Positions 1 through 7,752 of a stretch of DNA of 32,837 bases are shown here, piece after piece. The stretch's first letter is position 1. Every line of letters starts with the position of its first letter. This stretch comes from a virus (lineage: Duplodnaviria > Caudoviricetes): the IMG/VR virus record IMGVR_UViG_3300025608_000002, positions 1-32,837 of that record; one strand, written 5' to 3'. The notes beneath the pieces are model-generated. The model made no database searches. It saw nothing but the letters and a program-made list of their open reading frames with translations, and was not told the origin of the DNA. Position numbers and translations under genes: made by a program.

Positions 1-127
1 GTAGCAATGTATATTCTTTTAGCTTCTTCAAACACATCATAGCAGTTGCTTATGCACTCTAGCTTCTTATCTACGTTTTTATCATTACTGTTTGGCGCAC
101 CCATATTCACAGAAGTATGGTATGTTA
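1..127. repeat. Terminal direct repeat, copy 1 (circular assembly overlap)
   Basis: 1-127 is identical to 32711-32837; 127 is a common assembler k-mer, and a gene reads through the junction in frame. Confidence 0.97.
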
Positions 128-656
128 TACCTGTAACTTCCCACGACATAGAATCCATTTCGCCCTCACAAATAACAATTGTTTCTGATCCTTTACATCG
201 GTCATAGTTGTAGATTACTGGTTCAGCATCTTTTGACTGTGTAAAGAATTTATTGTCTAATCCTCTAGTTTTGTAGTTTACTATTTTGCCGTTCTTAAAA
301 TACGGCAGAAGAATATTCTTGTTGTCCTTCGTTGAAACTATTTTATTGGCGTCAATAACTTCGTTAGTAATACCCCTGTCCAATAGAAACTTTCTACCCT
401 TATCGGTCAGCCTCTTCATATTCTTTTTTTCTGGCGATGTATAAGATTTTATGTTCATAATCTTCTCCTGTGTTTTGTTAATACTACCAGCCCAACCACA
501 CTTATGGCAATTAAATACTCCTTTCGCCTGATTAACAGATAAGCATCTGTCTCTAAAATTCTCTTTGCCTAGCTTTACGCAATTAGGGCATTGAACTTTT
601 TGGTCGCTGTTAGTGTTGTGTTTAATATCTATTCCTAAGTCTATAAAATTCTCCAT
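1..656 (-). CDS. DNA primase-helicase (T7 gp4/Twinkle-like), N-terminal part; continues across the junction into 32710..31609
   Basis: Missing from the ORF track. ATG at 656 gives MENFIDLGIDIK..VQCPNC..CLSVN..GVFNCHKCGWAG (Zn-binding domain), then the TOPRIM motif IVICEGEMD. It is in frame with the 403-aa ORF (656-110=546 nt); total 585 aa. Confidence 0.93.
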   Translation of the reverse strand, partial: MENFIDLGIDIKHNTNSDQKVQCPNCVKLGKENFRDRCLSVNQAKGVFNCHKCGWAGSINKTQEKIMNIKSYTSPEKKNMKRLTDKGRKFLLDRGITNEVIDANKIVSTKDNKNILLPYFKNGKIVNYKTRGLDNKFFTQSKDAEPVIYNYDRCKGSETIVICEGEMDSMSWEVTGITYHTSVNMGAPNSNDKNVDKKLECISNCYDVFEEAKRIYIA

Positions 657-745
657 TATGTATAATATTATTATATATATTATTATATATTATATATTTA
701 TTATATATACTATATACTATGATATGACAATTTGACAGTTGGAGA
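657..745. other. Putative replication origin A: TA-rich tract followed by TGACAATTTGACAGTTGGAGA
   Basis: Almost pure A/T tract at 657-724 between the HTH and primase-helicase genes; the 21-bp motif at 725-745 recurs at 21120-21140. Confidence 0.5.
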
Positions 746-1006
746 AACGTAAATTCTACGATCTTTTCCATACCGTCCTGTCGAGTTTGTTACCCTTTTG
801 ATAAGATCTTTTTCTTCTAGCTTATTAAGAACCCTGTACAACGTTCTTTCGTGAATCCCTAGAGATGTCGAAAGGTGTTCTGTTGAAGCATAGCAGTAAT
901 CCTTCTTCGTTAGAGAGGCTAGGTATGATAGTACAGTAGATTCGTTTAAGGTCAAATCTCTACTGGTTATACCCTTCTTAATTGTTACAAATTTAGTTTT
1001 ACTCAT
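710..1006 (-). CDS. Winged helix-turn-helix protein, putative replication initiator
   Basis: YCYASTEHLSTSLGIHERTLYRVLNKLEEKDLIKR resembles the HTH_36 N-terminal domain of phage replisome organisers. Start is more likely ATG 1006 (MSKTKF) than 1057. Confidence 0.7.
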   Translation of the reverse strand: MSKTKFVTIKKGITSRDLTLNESTVLSYLASLTKKDYCYASTEHLSTSLGIHERTLYRVLNKLEEKDLIKRVTNSTGRYGKDRRIYVSPTVKLSYHSI

Positions 1007-1069
1007 TTTAAAGCGTTTTAAGCGTAGTTTAAGGGGCAAGGTATACTTACCCCTCACTACAAGGTTAAA

Positions 1070-1351
1070 CTAGAAAGGGAGACCGTCTCCTGCCTTTACA
1101 GGGGCATTATTTGCATTATCATCCTGCTGATCTTTGTTAGCCTGATAATCGTTGACCCAAACGCTGTGAGTTTTACCCCACTCATTTGTCTCACGTAGTT
1201 TACCTACAGTTAGGCGAACATACTGCTCTCCATTGTACTCATAGAAGTGTGGCTCTAGTTGGCTTTTCTTCAATGAAATGTTCACGTAGTACTCTCCGCT
1301 TTGCGTTCCGTTTCCTACGTAGTTTCTGGGTTTCTGTGTTACTTCACTCAT
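1070..1351 (-). CDS. Putative single-stranded DNA-binding protein
   Basis: Small beta-rich protein with an acidic C-terminal tail ending DGLPF, directly downstream of ERF. Confidence 0.65.
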   Translation of the reverse strand: MSEVTQKPRNYVGNGTQSGEYYVNISLKKSQLEPHFYEYNGEQYVRLTVGKLRETNEWGKTHSVWVNDYQANKDQQDDNANNAPVKAGDGLPF

Positions 1352-1375
1352 AATATAAAAAAATAAAGGTTAAAA

Positions 1376-1945
1376 TTAGTTAGTTAATAGTTTCTCTACT
1401 GCAGCACTTACTCTGTACCGAGTCTTTACTTCATTCATACTGAATCCCTCCTGTAGAGCTTTCTTGACTCTATTGAAGGCTTCTGTATTCGCTACTAAGC
1501 TAGGTAGACTAGCGGGTGTGTTAGTAGTCGTATTAGACGCATTTGCGTTTGATTTACCGTGAGTATTTGTAGCGTCAGCATCTTTGGTGTCATCAATTAG
1601 GAATAAACCATTAAGAGCATACTTACGAGCGTAAGAAGAGCTGCTTCCGAATGACTGCGCTATGTCCATTCCCTTACGGTTAGGATCGATACCTGCCTGT
1701 GCTTTAACAAATACGCTGTTTTCGCCATCAGATACTGTAGCTGTAGCTTCTACATACGTTAAATTACCTACAGATAATACCTCATCGCTAATAGTTAAGT
1801 TTAACTTAGCTTTGAGTAGTAAAGGCTTTACCGCCTCTAAAATGTCCTCACAACTACGGTAGTTATACTTACCGAAATTGTTCCTTTGATTCTTAGGTGC
1901 TTTCAGACTCCCCTGAATGTTCACCAGTTTCTCTTGTAACTTCAT
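1376..1945 (-). CDS. erf: ERF-family single-strand annealing protein
   Basis: FGKYNYRSCEDILEAVKPLL and AQSFGSSSSYARKYALNGLFLIDD are hallmark ERF motifs. Confidence 0.9.
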   Translation of the reverse strand: MKLQEKLVNIQGSLKAPKNQRNNFGKYNYRSCEDILEAVKPLLLKAKLNLTISDEVLSVGNLTYVEATATVSDGENSVFVKAQAGIDPNRKGMDIAQSFGSSSSYARKYALNGLFLIDDTKDADATNTHGKSNANASNTTTNTPASLPSLVANTEAFNRVKKALQEGFSMNEVKTRYRVSAAVEKLLTN

Positions 1946-1949
1946 ATGG

Positions 1950-1981
1950 CAAATATATAATAAAGTTTTCCAACTGCCAAA
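1950..1981 (-). promoter_or_regulatory. Bacteroidota housekeeping promoter for the replication operon
   Basis: TTTG (1981-1978), N20, TATATTTG (1957-1950); ATG lies 4 nt downstream. Confidence 0.85.
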
Positions 1982-1991
1982 CTATATATAT

Positions 1992-2023
1992 AAAAAAAGA
2001 GCCAGTAATTAAACCGACTCTTT
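1992..2023 (-). terminator. Intrinsic terminator
   Basis: AAAGAGTCGGT-TTAATT-ACTGGCTCTTT stem followed by a U tract. Confidence 0.85.
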
Positions 2024-2059
2024 CTAAAAGGAGAACAAACAAAGGATTTGTTATTAAAC
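1992..2059 (-). ncRNA. Candidate small RNA 1 (~68 nt)
   Basis: TATATTTG -7 box at 2071-2064, no AUG, ends in the terminator; no good -33 box. Confidence 0.35.
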
Positions 2060-2179
2060 ACTACAAATATACAACAGTTGCATCAATATATTTGCATATG
2101 ATCGCAACTATTTTAAACTTCTTTTAGTAGCTACTGAAGCCCTGAAGAAATAAAATTTTCTAGTTAAGTATCTAGTCAT

Positions 2180-2599
2180 TTATTTATGTTTATTGTTACC
2201 CATTACTTTCTCAAACCCTCTGCTTCCAAAGTAGCCCATAAAGACTATCTGTAGAAGAGATTTAACCGTATCTAAACCTTCTAGTTGGTACGCCCAGCCA
2301 ATAACAAACGCTACCGTTAGGAACGCCAAAGTCAAAGGTCTTACATTACTAGAAAGCCAACTTCCAGATTGAGCATCTGCTACCCATCTCTTAGTTATGC
2401 CATCAATTTCAGCACGTTCTAGTTCTAGTTTCTTTAACGCTACTGACTTATCTTCTGGTGGCAATGTAGAACCACCTATAAGTGCCTCAATAACTTTAGC
2501 AGGAAGAGAATCCTCTGCCACAGCGTTAAATACTTTCGGTAGCTTTTGTAGTAAAAACTGACCAACCTTAGTTTCGTTAAACTTCTTTTTATCACTCAT
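2180..2599 (-). CDS. Holin-like membrane protein (3TM holin type)
   Basis: RWVAD..SWLSSNVRPLTL followed by TM segments and YFGSRGFEK; adjacent to the endolysin. Confidence 0.75.
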   Translation of the reverse strand: MSDKKKFNETKVGQFLLQKLPKVFNAVAEDSLPAKVIEALIGGSTLPPEDKSVALKKLELERAEIDGITKRWVADAQSGSWLSSNVRPLTLAFLTVAFVIGWAYQLEGLDTVKSLLQIVFMGYFGSRGFEKVMGNNKHK

Positions 2600-2619
2600 A
2601 TAAGGTATTTCCTACGGTT

Positions 2620-2988
2620 CTAGTATAACCAGACCGCTGCATTTTTATCTCTGTCGTTATCAACGTGGATAAAACTATTGGCGATTCCAATCCTTCTAAA
2701 TCCTGCTCGTATAAGGGAGTTAAGTATAACCTCTCTATCGGCTGAATTATTACAGGCAATATCGGCTGCGTACCCAAACAAATGAGAACTTCCTTTTGAT
2801 TTAAGGCTAGGTTGTACCCCTCCAACGTAAGCGTTGTGGGATGGCGTTCTAAATCCGCTTGTAATTCTAAATGGTATTCCTGCAATCCCTCTTGCATCAT
2901 CGAGCATTTGAAGAAAAGCAGCGTCCATAAGTTTTCCCGAACCAATTTGGTCAGGGCTGTCAAATTCAGATAATTCAAAGTGTAACAT
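2620..2988 (-). CDS. Endolysin, peptidase M15A family
   Basis: ITSGFRTPSHN..SSHLFGYAADI..FIHVD Zn-peptidase motifs. Confidence 0.9.
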   Translation of the reverse strand: MLHFELSEFDSPDQIGSGKLMDAAFLQMLDDARGIAGIPFRITSGFRTPSHNAYVGGVQPSLKSKGSSHLFGYAADIACNNSADREVILNSLIRAGFRRIGIANSFIHVDNDRDKNAAVWLY

Positions 2989-3005
2989 TTTCTTAGATTT
3001 TACTA

Positions 3006-3037
3006 CAAATATACTACTTTTTATTCTTTAAATCAAA
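3006..3037 (-). promoter_or_regulatory. Bacteroidota-type promoter upstream of the endolysin
   Basis: TTTG (3037-3034), N20, TATATTTG (3013-3006). Confidence 0.7.
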
Positions 3038-3382
3038 GATAGAATCAAAGGCAACTGAACCAGCTAATGATAGCTTATCAATAATGTCGCCTTGTAAGGC
3101 TATTATCTGGGCTTCGTAAGCATCTTTCTGCTTAACTAGCATATCTATATGCTTTTGCTGTGATTCGACCTTAGACTGTAAGGCAGATACCTCTTCGGGG
3201 TTCTTACCAATGATGGCGTAAATAACAACCGATAGACTTCCTACAATCATACCCGTAATTGAAACAAATATATCTTTGTTTTCCGAAGGTATCGAGTTAT
3301 TAGCTAGGTAAAGTAATAAAAGAACAACAAGGATAAATATCCCTGCTGCTCCGCTATAATGTATTAAGTCCTTTTTTCTCAT
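3014..3382 (-). CDS. Two-TM plus coiled-coil membrane protein, lysis-associated
   Basis: Two hydrophobic helices then a heptad region; lies in the lysis cassette. Confidence 0.6.
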   Translation of the reverse strand: MRKKDLIHYSGAAGIFILVVLLLLYLANNSIPSENKDIFVSITGMIVGSLSVVIYAIIGKNPEEVSALQSKVESQQKHIDMLVKQKDAYEAQIIALQGDIIDKLSLAGSVAFDSIFDLKNKK

Positions 3383-3519
3383 TTAAGTTGTTGGTATATC
3401 TTTATAACTGTGTACCCTATTGTTAAAACCAAGACAACGGTTTGTAATAAGGGGTTAATTTCTGTTAAGCTAAACGCTAACGCTCCTATGTTCAATCCGT
3501 ATATCTTTAAGTTTTCCAT
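3379..3519 (-). CDS. 46-aa membrane protein (holin-like), not in the ORF track
   Basis: MENLKIYGLNIGALAFSLTEINPLLQTVVLVLTIGYTVIKIYQQLK; ATGA overlap with the next gene. Confidence 0.75.
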   Translation of the reverse strand: MENLKIYGLNIGALAFSLTEINPLLQTVVLVLTIGYTVIKIYQQLK

Positions 3520-3541
3520 TACCTATCTTCGCTATGTAGAA

Positions 3542-4276
3542 TTAATGCCCGTAAATCGATTTATTTAAGTTATAAGATGTAAGAATTTCCGAATCACTTA
3601 GGGGTGCTGAAAACATTTTAAGTTCTGCAAATCTTCCTGTAAAACTATGATTATTGTCGTTTCTACCTCCTATTTTTAAAAATCCAGTATTTGCGGAGAT
3701 AGTTCTACCTCCATACACAGCACTAGTAACTATTTTAGTTCCATTTAGATAAACTCTAACCCTGTCTACATTATCATCATATACCACCGCTACATTAACC
3801 CAAGTGTTCAAAGTTTGAGTAACAGTTGAATACGCAACTGCTGTTGCAGAACCCGTAGAACGATAATATGTAGCTCTATATGGGGAATTAATTCCACCAC
3901 CGAATCCCACATTTATATCAACTTCATAACTGCTAATAGTTCCTTTTGAAACAAAAGTTGCGTAATTCGTTATTGTTTTGTACATCCAAAACATAAATGT
4001 AATGTTACCTGAATTTGGCGAAAAGCTTGGGTTGTTACTGTTTATTATAACATTACTTGTACTTGTGCCTGAAAAATTCAAATAGTTTGGTGTACCACTT
4101 GTAAAACTAGCATTTGAAATCGTTCCATTGTAACCATTACCAGTTAAGTCTGTTATTGTTGAACCGCTACCACTATAACTATTTGTATTATTTAAATCTA
4201 AATGGGCTAGTATATTAGGTTCTGGAGTGTAGCCTGAAACTGATGTTTTGGGAAGTGTTCTTTTATTTAAACCCAT
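3542..4276 (-). CDS. LamG/concanavalin A-like lectin domain tail or receptor-binding protein
   Basis: HLDLNNTNSYSGSG..TDLTGNGYNGT, TWVNVAVVYD..RVYLNG, FTGRFAELKMFSAPLSDSEI. Confidence 0.8.
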   Translation of the reverse strand: MGLNKRTLPKTSVSGYTPEPNILAHLDLNNTNSYSGSGSTITDLTGNGYNGTISNASFTSGTPNYLNFSGTSTSNVIINSNNPSFSPNSGNITFMFWMYKTITNYATFVSKGTISSYEVDINVGFGGGINSPYRATYYRSTGSATAVAYSTVTQTLNTWVNVAVVYDDNVDRVRVYLNGTKIVTSAVYGGRTISANTGFLKIGGRNDNNHSFTGRFAELKMFSAPLSDSEILTSYNLNKSIYGH

Positions 4277-4277
4277 A

Positions 4278-4742
4278 TTAATAAGTTATGTTATAAGACT
4301 GAACTTGTGCTTTTGTTGTTTTAGCGTTTATTGCTGTTTCGTGAGTAGAACAGGAGGTTCTTACTGCATCCCTATCCGTTTGTATGTCGCTAGGTATAGC
4401 AATTCCTTTTTCTTGCTTTCTAATAACATACCAGTCGGTTTCTTTTAGTTTTAAATTCGCATATTCTTTAGCTAAACCGATTTTATTTGCTTTTAAATCT
4501 GCCAAAGTTTCACTCCAAGTTAAGTTATTTACAGGATAAGTAAATTGACTATTTGCTGAATCGAAATATACATCCCCTAATTCTTGTGTCAATAAATCAT
4601 ATGAAGGTATTACTAAGTCATAAAATCCATATCCTTCTAAATCGCTATCCGATAATAAGTCAAAACCGCCAATAATACTTCCGTATGATTTTGGTACTTT
4701 GTTATATACTTTTATCGTTCCGTTATAATCTTTTGCTTTCAT
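4278..4742 (-). CDS. Tail fibre assembly chaperone-like protein
   Basis: LKETDWYVIRKQEKGIAIPSDIQTDR motif; start more likely ATG 4742 (MKAKDY). Confidence 0.6.
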   Translation of the reverse strand: MKAKDYNGTIKVYNKVPKSYGSIIGGFDLLSDSDLEGYGFYDLVIPSYDLLTQELGDVYFDSANSQFTYPVNNLTWSETLADLKANKIGLAKEYANLKLKETDWYVIRKQEKGIAIPSDIQTDRDAVRTSCSTHETAINAKTTKAQVQSYNITY

Positions 4743-4743
4743 A

Positions 4744-5793
4744 TTAGTTTGGTGTATTATCGCTAGTGTAAGTTTGGATTGTATAATTGTAGATAGCAGC
4801 AGAATCTGTATCGTCAATACAAACTATCATAATATGATTATTACTACTCCCATCATACGTTACTTCTCCTAAATTGTTAAACGTTTCAGACGTATCGTCA
4901 GAAGTAAGGGTCAAGGTGCTTGTTCCTGTTGCTAAAATATCAATCACTTGCCCAGTTTTCATATTTTGAAGGTTAAGAGTTTGTGTCGACTGCAAATTCG
5001 CTGTAATATTAAACACGCTATAAAGACTAGCATCTAAATTTACGGTAGCGGTTGTTGTAGATATTGTTTGTACTGCTGTGTATCTACCCTCTAATTTGTC
5101 GTGAGTAACCGCATCGTTAATTATTTTTGCAGTAGTTACCGCATCTGTTGCAATAGTTAAAGCACCCGTATTAGATATGGTAGCATCGCCACTTAACGCC
5201 ACATTATTGAAGTCAGTTCCATCAGCTACTAAAACGTGAGTATCTGTAGCTGCTAAAGCATCATCGAATAAGGCTATTTTAGCTGCAGTTACAGCATTAT
5301 TTGCGATACCACCTGTGCCAATAGCATCTACACTTAAAATACCGCTAGCATAGCTTAAACCAGCTCCTGCAACAGAGGAAGCCAAAGCAACATCATTAGC
5401 GTTTACTGTGATACCATCACCTTCGCCAACAGCTAAGGTTGCAGCTCCACCAGTTTCATTAGTTCCAGTTAAACCGTTACCTGCGTTTACGTCTGTAATA
5501 TCGGCAGCTACATTCAGATCAATAGACCCATCATTATCATCATACGTTACCGTTACGTTTGTCTGAGTACCGCTAGAGAACATTCCCGAAACTGTGTCCT
5601 GAATCTTCTCAGTAATATGAGTGTCAAAGCTAGTTGCTGGTACTACTTCTGTATCAGTTAGATTTTCAGCGTCAGTATCGCCATAAATTTCAGCAAACAT
5701 TTTTCGCACTTTGCGAAACGCTGCTCTTAATACATCACCATCGTTTGCGTTATCCGCTGTTCCGATATTGATATTCTGTTGATTTGTTGCCAT
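4744..5793 (-). CDS. Tail fibre/baseplate protein
   Basis: N-terminal INIGTADNANDGDVLRAAFRK (T4 gp9/gp10-like attachment motif); AVTxAKI fibre repeats. Confidence 0.7.
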   Translation of the reverse strand: MATNQQNINIGTADNANDGDVLRAAFRKVRKMFAEIYGDTDAENLTDTEVVPATSFDTHITEKIQDTVSGMFSSGTQTNVTVTYDDNDGSIDLNVAADITDVNAGNGLTGTNETGGAATLAVGEGDGITVNANDVALASSVAGAGLSYASGILSVDAIGTGGIANNAVTAAKIALFDDALAATDTHVLVADGTDFNNVALSGDATISNTGALTIATDAVTTAKIINDAVTHDKLEGRYTAVQTISTTTATVNLDASLYSVFNITANLQSTQTLNLQNMKTGQVIDILATGTSTLTLTSDDTSETFNNLGEVTYDGSSNNHIMIVCIDDTDSAAIYNYTIQTYTSDNTPN

Positions 5794-5794
5794 A

Positions 5795-5956
5795 TTAGTT
5801 TATTCTGTTTGTTATACTATCTATTAGTATGTTTATGCTATCTATTAATATTATTACTGCTGCTGCTGCTAAAGCTGCTGCCCTATTGAATCCTATATGT
5901 ATATAAGATGCTAATAGACCCCAACTAGTTGTTTCGTATATTTTCCCCCAGCTCAT
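5795..5956 (-). CDS. 53-aa putative virion peptide, not in the ORF track
   Basis: MSWGKIYETTSWGLLASYIHIGFNRAAALAAAAVIILIDSINILIDSITNRIN; stop abuts the next ATG. Confidence 0.65.
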   Translation of the reverse strand: MSWGKIYETTSWGLLASYIHIGFNRAAALAAAAVIILIDSINILIDSITNRIN

Positions 5957-6050
5957 ATTTCTGCTTTCTAATATAACTAGATAGCTTCACTTCGTTCTTC
6001 TGTTTTGGTCTATATTGACCAGTTTTTTTTCGCTTTTTTATAACACCCAT
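5925..6050 (-). CDS. 41-aa basic peptide overlapping both neighbours
   Basis: MGVIKKRKKTGQYRPKQKNEVKLSSYIRKQKYELGENIRNN fills the apparent gap. Confidence 0.45.
   Translation of the reverse strand: MGVIKKRKKTGQYRPKQKNEVKLSSYIRKQKYELGENIRNN
5974..5996 (-). promoter_or_regulatory. Candidate late (ECF-type) promoter
   Basis: AAC-N16-GTTA, 17 nt upstream of ATG 5956. Confidence 0.5.
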
Positions 6051-6541
6051 CCGTTAAACGTTACTTCCTTATCTGGATATATCTCTTCATTGTTATTGCT
6101 AAAGTATTCAGGGAATTTACTAGGAGCGTTAAAACTCATATAGTCGATAAACCTGTTAGTATAGTAGTCAGCGTAATCTCTTTCTTTGGCGATAAGCTGG
6201 TCTATTTCATTCTTGCCTGCAATCTGGCTGCTCTCACTACTGTGCTTATGTACGCCACCATTTGAAATGGTATAGGCTGCAAACGGAAGGTATTCCGACA
6301 TTGCGTAATGAATTAACATATCCTGAATGTAATCATTAACTAGCGTTAAATAGTCGCCAGCTAAGGTGTTTGCAATTATGTCTGCGCTAATCTTATCATA
6401 TAGATCACTACCTAAGAAGTTTCTAATATGTATTTCTTGCGCCAACTTAATAAAGTGGATGAACTTATCCGTATCTACATTACCACTCAAAGCTGTATTC
6501 TTTACTAAATCCTCTCTCTTTATAAATAGTGCTGTAGCCAT
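6038..6541 (-). CDS. Putative head-tail adaptor
   Basis: Helical protein directly after the portal; AQEIHIRNFLGSDLYDKI motif typical of Bacteroidota phage connector proteins. Confidence 0.55.
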   Translation of the reverse strand: MATALFIKREDLVKNTALSGNVDTDKFIHFIKLAQEIHIRNFLGSDLYDKISADIIANTLAGDYLTLVNDYIQDMLIHYAMSEYLPFAAYTISNGGVHKHSSESSQIAGKNEIDQLIAKERDYADYYTNRFIDYMSFNAPSKFPEYFSNNNEEIYPDKEVTFNGWVL

Positions 6542-7752
6542 TATTCTTCTATTTCTTCGTTAATATCTTGTTCCTTTTGTACCCGTGATGGCTTTACACC
6601 AGTTTCCTTTTCTACTTCAGCATCTGTTAGTGCATTGGTAAGATCGGTAAACTCTAAAGGCTGTAGAGTCTGGAAGTATAAGTCTAAGTCAATCTCATTG
6701 TACTCTAGTATCTTCTCTAGTCCATCAATTATAGTTACCTGCATTGGACGAATAACTGTGTTATCCATAAGCAAAGAAGCTGTCTCTAGTTCCTGTGCAT
6801 TATTACCTAGTCCAGTTTGATCTTTTATCCCTACTAACATTGGCGATACAATACGGTGAGACACCATAACCTTCTTCATACTTTCATCTGAAAGGAACTG
6901 GTACTGTTGGTGTGCATCGTTTAACACTACAGGCTCTATTGAGGCTGCCAATTCTTTACTGTCATTGAACGCCAAAATAAATCTACCTGCATTTGAAGTA
7001 CCAGAGAACTTCTCGTAGATAGCTCTTTCTATATCATCTCGCTGCTCCTTTGATGGAGTACCATTGTTAAAGTTAATTAACATACTCGGCTGTAAGCCGT
7101 TCTGAATATTGTTTATATGATAGTTAGCGATCTCTTCTTCTAGTTCAGCGTACTGCAATCCTCCTTGATAATCTACTGGAGAATAGTAGTAAAATCCAGC
7201 TTTGTATGGTCGGATATACATAATCTCAATACCATCTTTAGAAGTGCCAAAAGCAGAAATACGCTTAGGCTTCTCATCTCTCTTTATCTCTTGCCAGTTA
7301 GGATGGTAGTAGTACCCTTTAACATTGCCTAAGGTTGCTTTTTCAGCTCTTAGTGTCTCAATTGGAATATGCTCTACCTGTACGATTCTGGAATGATCCT
7401 TACTGTATATAATCTGTAGAGCTGCCTGACCCATCATCTTATAGTCGTAGCAAATCTTTTTCATACAGTCCTTCTGGAATAACTCACGCATTGCTGCATA
7501 GGCTTCTGGACTCTCTTCGCTATTAGTAGCCTCTAGTCCTCTTCCGTAGATCATTTCCGAGATACCGTTTACAGCAGCATTATTTGTTGGCGAACCGTTA
7601 TATCGATCTATTAGGTATTGGAAATAGTTGTTGTCATCACCATACTCCACCCATTCACCTCTAGTATTTTCTACTATTGGTGGTGCTGTGTATGAAGACA
7701 TTCTTAGTACGTGAACAGAATTACCTGTCTGCTCTTTCTTATTTTTTTCCAT
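6541..7752 (-). CDS. Portal protein
   Basis: WVEYGDDNNYFQYLIDRYNGSPTNNA, YHINNIQNGLQPS, FSGTSNAGRFIL, SHRIVSPMLVGI. Confidence 0.85.
   Translation of the reverse strand: MEKNKKEQTGNSVHVLRMSSYTAPPIVENTRGEWVEYGDDNNYFQYLIDRYNGSPTNNAAVNGISEMIYGRGLEATNSEESPEAYAAMRELFQKDCMKKICYDYKMMGQAALQIIYSKDHSRIVQVEHIPIETLRAEKATLGNVKGYYYHPNWQEIKRDEKPKRISAFGTSKDGIEIMYIRPYKAGFYYYSPVDYQGGLQYAELEEEIANYHINNIQNGLQPSMLINFNNGTPSKEQRDDIERAIYEKFSGTSNAGRFILAFNDSKELAASIEPVVLNDAHQQYQFLSDESMKKVMVSHRIVSPMLVGIKDQTGLGNNAQELETASLLMDNTVIRPMQVTIIDGLEKILEYNEIDLDLYFQTLQPLEFTDLTNALTDAEVEKETGVKPSRVQKEQDINEEIEE

Noticed and set aside
1-127. Biological terminal repeat
   Set aside because: It falls inside a gene and its length equals a standard assembly k-mer, so it is a circularisation artefact
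2592-2978. 128-aa ORF overlapping the endolysin (possible embedded spanin)
   Set aside because: No clear signal peptide or lipobox; probably an alternative-frame shadow
3542-5793. Diversity-generating retroelement or invertible tail-fibre cassette
   Set aside because: No reverse transcriptase or invertase, and no template/variable repeat pair seen
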